Translations under genes and position numbers: made by a program
Notes under the pieces: model-generated
Databases searched by the model: none
The model's input: the letters and a program-made list of their open reading frames with translations, nothing else
What the model was told of the DNA's origin: nothing
Source: Myxococcota bacterium
GTDB taxonomy: Bacteria > Myxococcota_A > UBA9160 > PR03
Direction: 5' to 3'
Assembly: GCA_041577015.1 (NCBI GenBank)
Contig: JBFGJV010000003.1
Span: forward strand, 1-40,528
Length of the DNA stretch: 40,528 bases
In this document: positions 37,632 to 40,528 of the stretch, piece by piece
How the letters are laid out: the number at the start of each line of letters is the position of its first letter
Numbering within the stretch: position 1 is the first letter of the stretch

Positions 37632-38620
37632 GCCCGTCCCGACCCGGACCGGTCGAGCCGCTCTGGAAGGATCGCGCGCCCATCCGCGTCGGCGTCTCCA
37701 GCTGTCTGCTGGGTCGGAAGGTGCGCTGGGACGCCGGGCACAAGCGCGACCGTTTCGTCACCGACGTGCTGGGCGCGTACGTCGAGTGGGTGCCGGTCTG
37801 CCCCGAGGTGGAACTCGGCATGGGGATCCCGCGTGAGCCGGTGCGGCTCGTGCGCGACGAGGGCGGCGTGCGCATGATCGCCGACCGCAGCGGGCGCGAT
37901 CACACCGGGGCCATGCGCCGCTGGGCGAAGCGTCGCGTCCGTGAGCTGGAGAAGCTCGAGCTGTGCGGCTATGTGCTGAAGAAGGATTCCCCCAGCTGCG
38001 GGATGGAGCGCGTGAGGGTCTACGCCGCGAGCGGCATGCCGCAGAAGAACGGGCGCGGACTGTTCGCGGATGCCCTGCTGCAGCACTTCGAGAGCCTGCC
38101 GGTGGAGGAAGAGGGGCGTCTCCACGACCCCCGGCTGCGCGAGAACTTCGTGGAGCGCGTCTTCGCGTATCGGAGGTTGCGCTCGCTGTTCGCCTCGCGC
38201 TGGAGCCTCCGAGACCTGGTTGCCTTCCACACCGCCGAGAAGCTCCAGCTGATGGCGCACTCACCGGGGGGCTATCGGGAGCTCGGGCGCCTGGTGGCCA
38301 ATGCGAAGCAGCACACGCGGACCCATCTCCGCGAGCATTACGTTCGCGGCTTCATGCGCGCACTCGGCCACCCGGCCACGGTGCGACGCAACGTGAACGT
38401 GCTCCAGCACGTGCTCGGCCACTTCAAGAAGCGCCTGGAGGCTGCGGACCGCGCCGAGTTGCTCCACCTGATCCAGGACTACCGGGCCGGGCTCGTGCCG
38501 CTGGTGGTTCCGATCACCTTGATCCGTCACCACGTACGACGGCTCGGACTGGACTACCTGGCGGGCCAGGTCTATCTGGAGCCCCATCCCAAGGAGATGA
38601 TGCTCCGCAACCACGTCTAG
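37628..38620 (+). CDS. DUF523 + DUF1722 (YbgA) fusion; TudS/RudS-like thiouridine desulfidase
   Basis: VGVSSCLLG..VRWDAGHK, CPEV, KKDSPSCG (Fe-S Cys ligands), EEEGRL.D..LRENF, C-terminal YL.GQVYLEPHP; ATGA overlap with phrB. Confidence 0.9.
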   Translation: MSPSRPGPVEPLWKDRAPIRVGVSSCLLGRKVRWDAGHKRDRFVTDVLGAYVEWVPVCPEVELGMGIPREPVRLVRDEGGVRMIADRSGRDHTGAMRRWAKRRVRELEKLELCGYVLKKDSPSCGMERVRVYAASGMPQKNGRGLFADALLQHFESLPVEEEGRLHDPRLRENFVERVFAYRRLRSLFASRWSLRDLVAFHTAEKLQLMAHSPGGYRELGRLVANAKQHTRTHLREHYVRGFMRALGHPATVRRNVNVLQHVLGHFKKRLEAADRAELLHLIQDYRAGLVPLVVPITLIRHHVRRLGLDYLAGQVYLEPHPKEMMLRNHV

Positions 38621-39198
38621 CCGGCGGGGCCCCGGAGCAAGCGCTCGATGGCCCGGATCAGCTCCGGGTCTTCGGGCTGCTGCGATGGCGCGAACTTCGC
38701 CACCACGCGTCCGCTTCGGTCCAGCAGGTACTTCTGGAAGTTCCAGGCCACCTCGCCGCCCAGCGGCTCAGGCAGACCGGTGAGCCGGGCATAGAGCTCG
38801 TGCTTATGCTCGCCGCGCACGTGGATCTTCTCGAACATCGGGAAGCGCACGCCGTACGTCGAGCGGCAGAACTCCGCGATCTCGCGGTTCGTGCCCGGCT
38901 CCTGGCCCGCGAAGTCGTTGGAGGGGAAGCCGAGCACGACGAGGCCTCGCTCGCCGTAGCGCTCGTAGAGCTTCTCGAGCCCGGCGTACTGCCTGGTGAA
39001 GCCGCAGCGGCTCGCGACGTTCACGATCAGGACCACCTTGCCCCGGTAGGCGAGCAGATCCTGCGGCGTCCCGTCGATGCGCTTCATGGTGAGCTCGAGG
39101 ACCGGCGGTGAGGCGGCGTCCGGCTCGGCACCCGCCGCAAGGACCGCCAGCCCCGCGATCGCCGCCGCCAGACCTCGTCGGAGCAAGGCGTTCATCAC
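38617..39198 (-). CDS. Cys-type glutathione peroxidase family protein with N-terminal signal peptide
   Basis: GKVVLIVNVASRCGFT, GFPSNDF..QEPG, WNFQKYL; hydrophobic N-terminus; start is GTG 39198 or ATG 39195. Confidence 0.92.
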   Translation of the reverse strand: MMNALLRRGLAAAIAGLAVLAAGAEPDAASPPVLELTMKRIDGTPQDLLAYRGKVVLIVNVASRCGFTRQYAGLEKLYERYGERGLVVLGFPSNDFAGQEPGTNREIAEFCRSTYGVRFPMFEKIHVRGEHKHELYARLTGLPEPLGGEVAWNFQKYLLDRSGRVVAKFAPSQQPEDPELIRAIERLLRGPAG

Positions 39199-39228
39199 GT
39201 GCTCTCCCTCCGACCCCGGCCGCGTTCT

Positions 39229-39256
39229 TTGACAAGCCGCGGACGAACCCTATCCC
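39229..39256 (+). promoter_or_regulatory. Candidate sigma-70 promoter (possibly CarH-controlled) of the FAD oxidoreductase
   Basis: TTGACA 39229-39234, CGGACG 11 bp later, TATCCC 39251-39256 (16 bp spacer), purine-rich RBS before ATG 39288. Confidence 0.45.
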
Positions 39257-39287
39257 CCAAGGTTAGCCAACGGGGGAAGGAAGTCGG

Positions 39288-40528
39288 ATGAACGCCACGA
39301 GGCAGCACCCGGTGGCGGTGGTGGGCGCCGGCATGGCGGGCCTCACCTGCGCGCTGACGTTGGTCCGGGAGCACCTCTCCGTGCGCCTGTTCGAAGCGGA
39401 CGATGCGGTGGGAGGTCGGGTGCGCACCGACCAGGTGGGCCGCTTCCGGCTCGACCGGGGCTTCCAGGTGCTCCAGACCGCGTATCCCGAGGTGCAACGC
39501 TTGCTCGACCTCCAGGCGCTGCGCCTGGGTCGCTTCCTGCCGGGCGCCCTGGTGCGGGTGCACGGGCGCCTCGAGCGCGTGGTGGACCCGTTCCGGCGCC
39601 CCGGCGAGGCTCTGGTGGCCCTCCGGGCCCGCGTGGGCTCCACCGCCGACAAGCTGCGCCTGGCGCGCCTGCGCTGGCGACTCACCCGCGGCTCCCTGGC
39701 CTCCCTGAGCGAGCGTCCGGAGCGCACGACCGAGGCGGCGCTTCGCGACGAGGGCTTCGGTCGGGAGATCGTCGAGCGCTTCTTCCGTCCCTTCCTGGCG
39801 GGGGTCTTCCTGGAGCGGGAGCTCGCCACGTCGAGCCGGATGTTCGACTTCGTGTTCCGCATGTTCGCGCTGGGCGACGCCGCGCTGCCGGCCGGCGCCA
39901 TGGAGGCGATCCCGCGCCAGCTGGCCTCGCGACTTCCGATCGGAGCGCTGCACCTGCACTCCCGGGTGCAAGCCCTCGGCAGCGACGAGGTCGAGCTCGC
40001 CAGCGGGGAGACGTTCCCGGCCTCGGCGATCGTGGTGGCCACCGACGCGGACGAAGCCCGTCGCCTGGTGGGGGACGGGGACCCCCTGGAGTGGAACCCG
40101 GCCACCACGCTCTACTACGACGCTCCGGAAGCTCCGGTCCGCGCGCCCATGCTGGTGCTGGACGGCGAGGGTTGCGGCCCGATCAACCATCTCTGCGTCC
40201 CGAGCCAGGTGGCCGCGGAGTACGCGCCTCCCGGGCGCGCGCTGGTGTCCGCCAGCGCGATCGGCGTGCACTCCGAGACGGATGCCGCGCTGGACGCCGC
40301 CGCTCGGGAGCAGCTGGCGCCGTGGTTCGGCCCGGCCGTGGGGGACTGGCGCCTGCTGCGCGTGGACCGCATCCCGCACGCGCTTCCCCGCCAGGGGCCG
40401 CCCCTCGCCCGCGCCGGGGCCGAGGCCCGGCAGGTGGCAGCGGGCCTCTTCGTCTGCGGCGACCACCTGGCCCTGGCCTCCCTGAACGGCGCCATGGCGT
40501 CCGGGCGTCGCGCCGCCGAGGCGGTGGC
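39288..40528 (+). CDS. FAD-dependent oxidoreductase (amine oxidase / phytoene desaturase-protoporphyrinogen oxidase superfamily), 3' end outside window
   Basis: Hand-translated: VAVVGAGMAGL, FEADDAVGGRVRTD, LDRGFQVLQTAYPE, FFRPFLAGVFL, CGDH...SLNGAMASGRRAAEAV; missing from the ORF track. Confidence 0.92.
   Translation, partial: MNATRQHPVAVVGAGMAGLTCALTLVREHLSVRLFEADDAVGGRVRTDQVGRFRLDRGFQVLQTAYPEVQRLLDLQALRLGRFLPGALVRVHGRLERVVDPFRRPGEALVALRARVGSTADKLRLARLRWRLTRGSLASLSERPERTTEAALRDEGFGREIVERFFRPFLAGVFLERELATSSRMFDFVFRMFALGDAALPAGAMEAIPRQLASRLPIGALHLHSRVQALGSDEVELASGETFPASAIVVATDADEARRLVGDGDPLEWNPATTLYYDAPEAPVRAPMLVLDGEGCGPINHLCVPSQVAAEYAPPGRALVSASAIGVHSETDAALDAAAREQLAPWFGPAVGDWRLLRVDRIPHALPRQGPPLARAGAEARQVAAGLFVCGDHLALASLNGAMASGRRAAEAV

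Noticed and set aside
39004-39006. Possible selenocysteine in the glutathione peroxidase
   Set aside because: The active-site codon is TGC (Cys), not TGA.
39195-40466. 423-aa minus-strand ORF
   Set aside because: Shadow of the plus-strand FAD oxidoreductase, which has GxGxxG and GG motifs.
1-40528. CRISPR arrays, tRNA/rRNA, IS elements, prophage genes, cobalamin riboswitch, intrinsic terminators
   Set aside because: No spaced repeats, transposase/integrase motifs or convincing structured RNA seen by eye; intergenic gaps are short. An Infernal/Rfam and tRNAscan search would be needed to exclude small RNAs.

Overview
Very GC-rich bacterial chromosomal segment; gene content suggests a Myxococcota/deltaproteobacterium-like organism (inference only). 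About 35 protein-coding genes. I saw no rRNA, tRNA, CRISPR array or mobile element. Left end: an acyl-CoA dehydrogenase followed by a type I PKS/FAS-like gene that runs off the window edge and is missing from the ORF track. Its architecture is unusual: KS-AT-KS-ACP, both KS domains keep Cys-His-His, and the ACP has Thr (GIDT) instead of the phosphopantetheine Ser. Middle: treT-like glycosyltransferase, CBS protein, beta-hydroxyacid dehydrogenase, pcm with a lipoprotein-type signal, USP, a RimK-RCK_C fusion with an M14 peptidase and a RimB-like protease, tamAB, SDR, MoxR/DUF58/TgpA, a PilZ/coiled-coil/ExeA/Wzz-like cluster, DUF2959, thermonuclease and dusB. Right ~10 kb: a light/photo-oxidative stress island around a B12-dependent CarH/LitR photoreceptor, with photolyase, DUF523-DUF1722, glutathione peroxidase, FAD oxidoreductase, SDR, acyltransferase, SRPBCC, DCC protein and an RpoD-like sigma factor. 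The same TGTCWA-N9-TAGACA palindrome overlaps candidate -35 elements at the carH/phrB and DCC/sigma divergent promoters, suggesting a photoreceptor to primary-like-sigma cascade.
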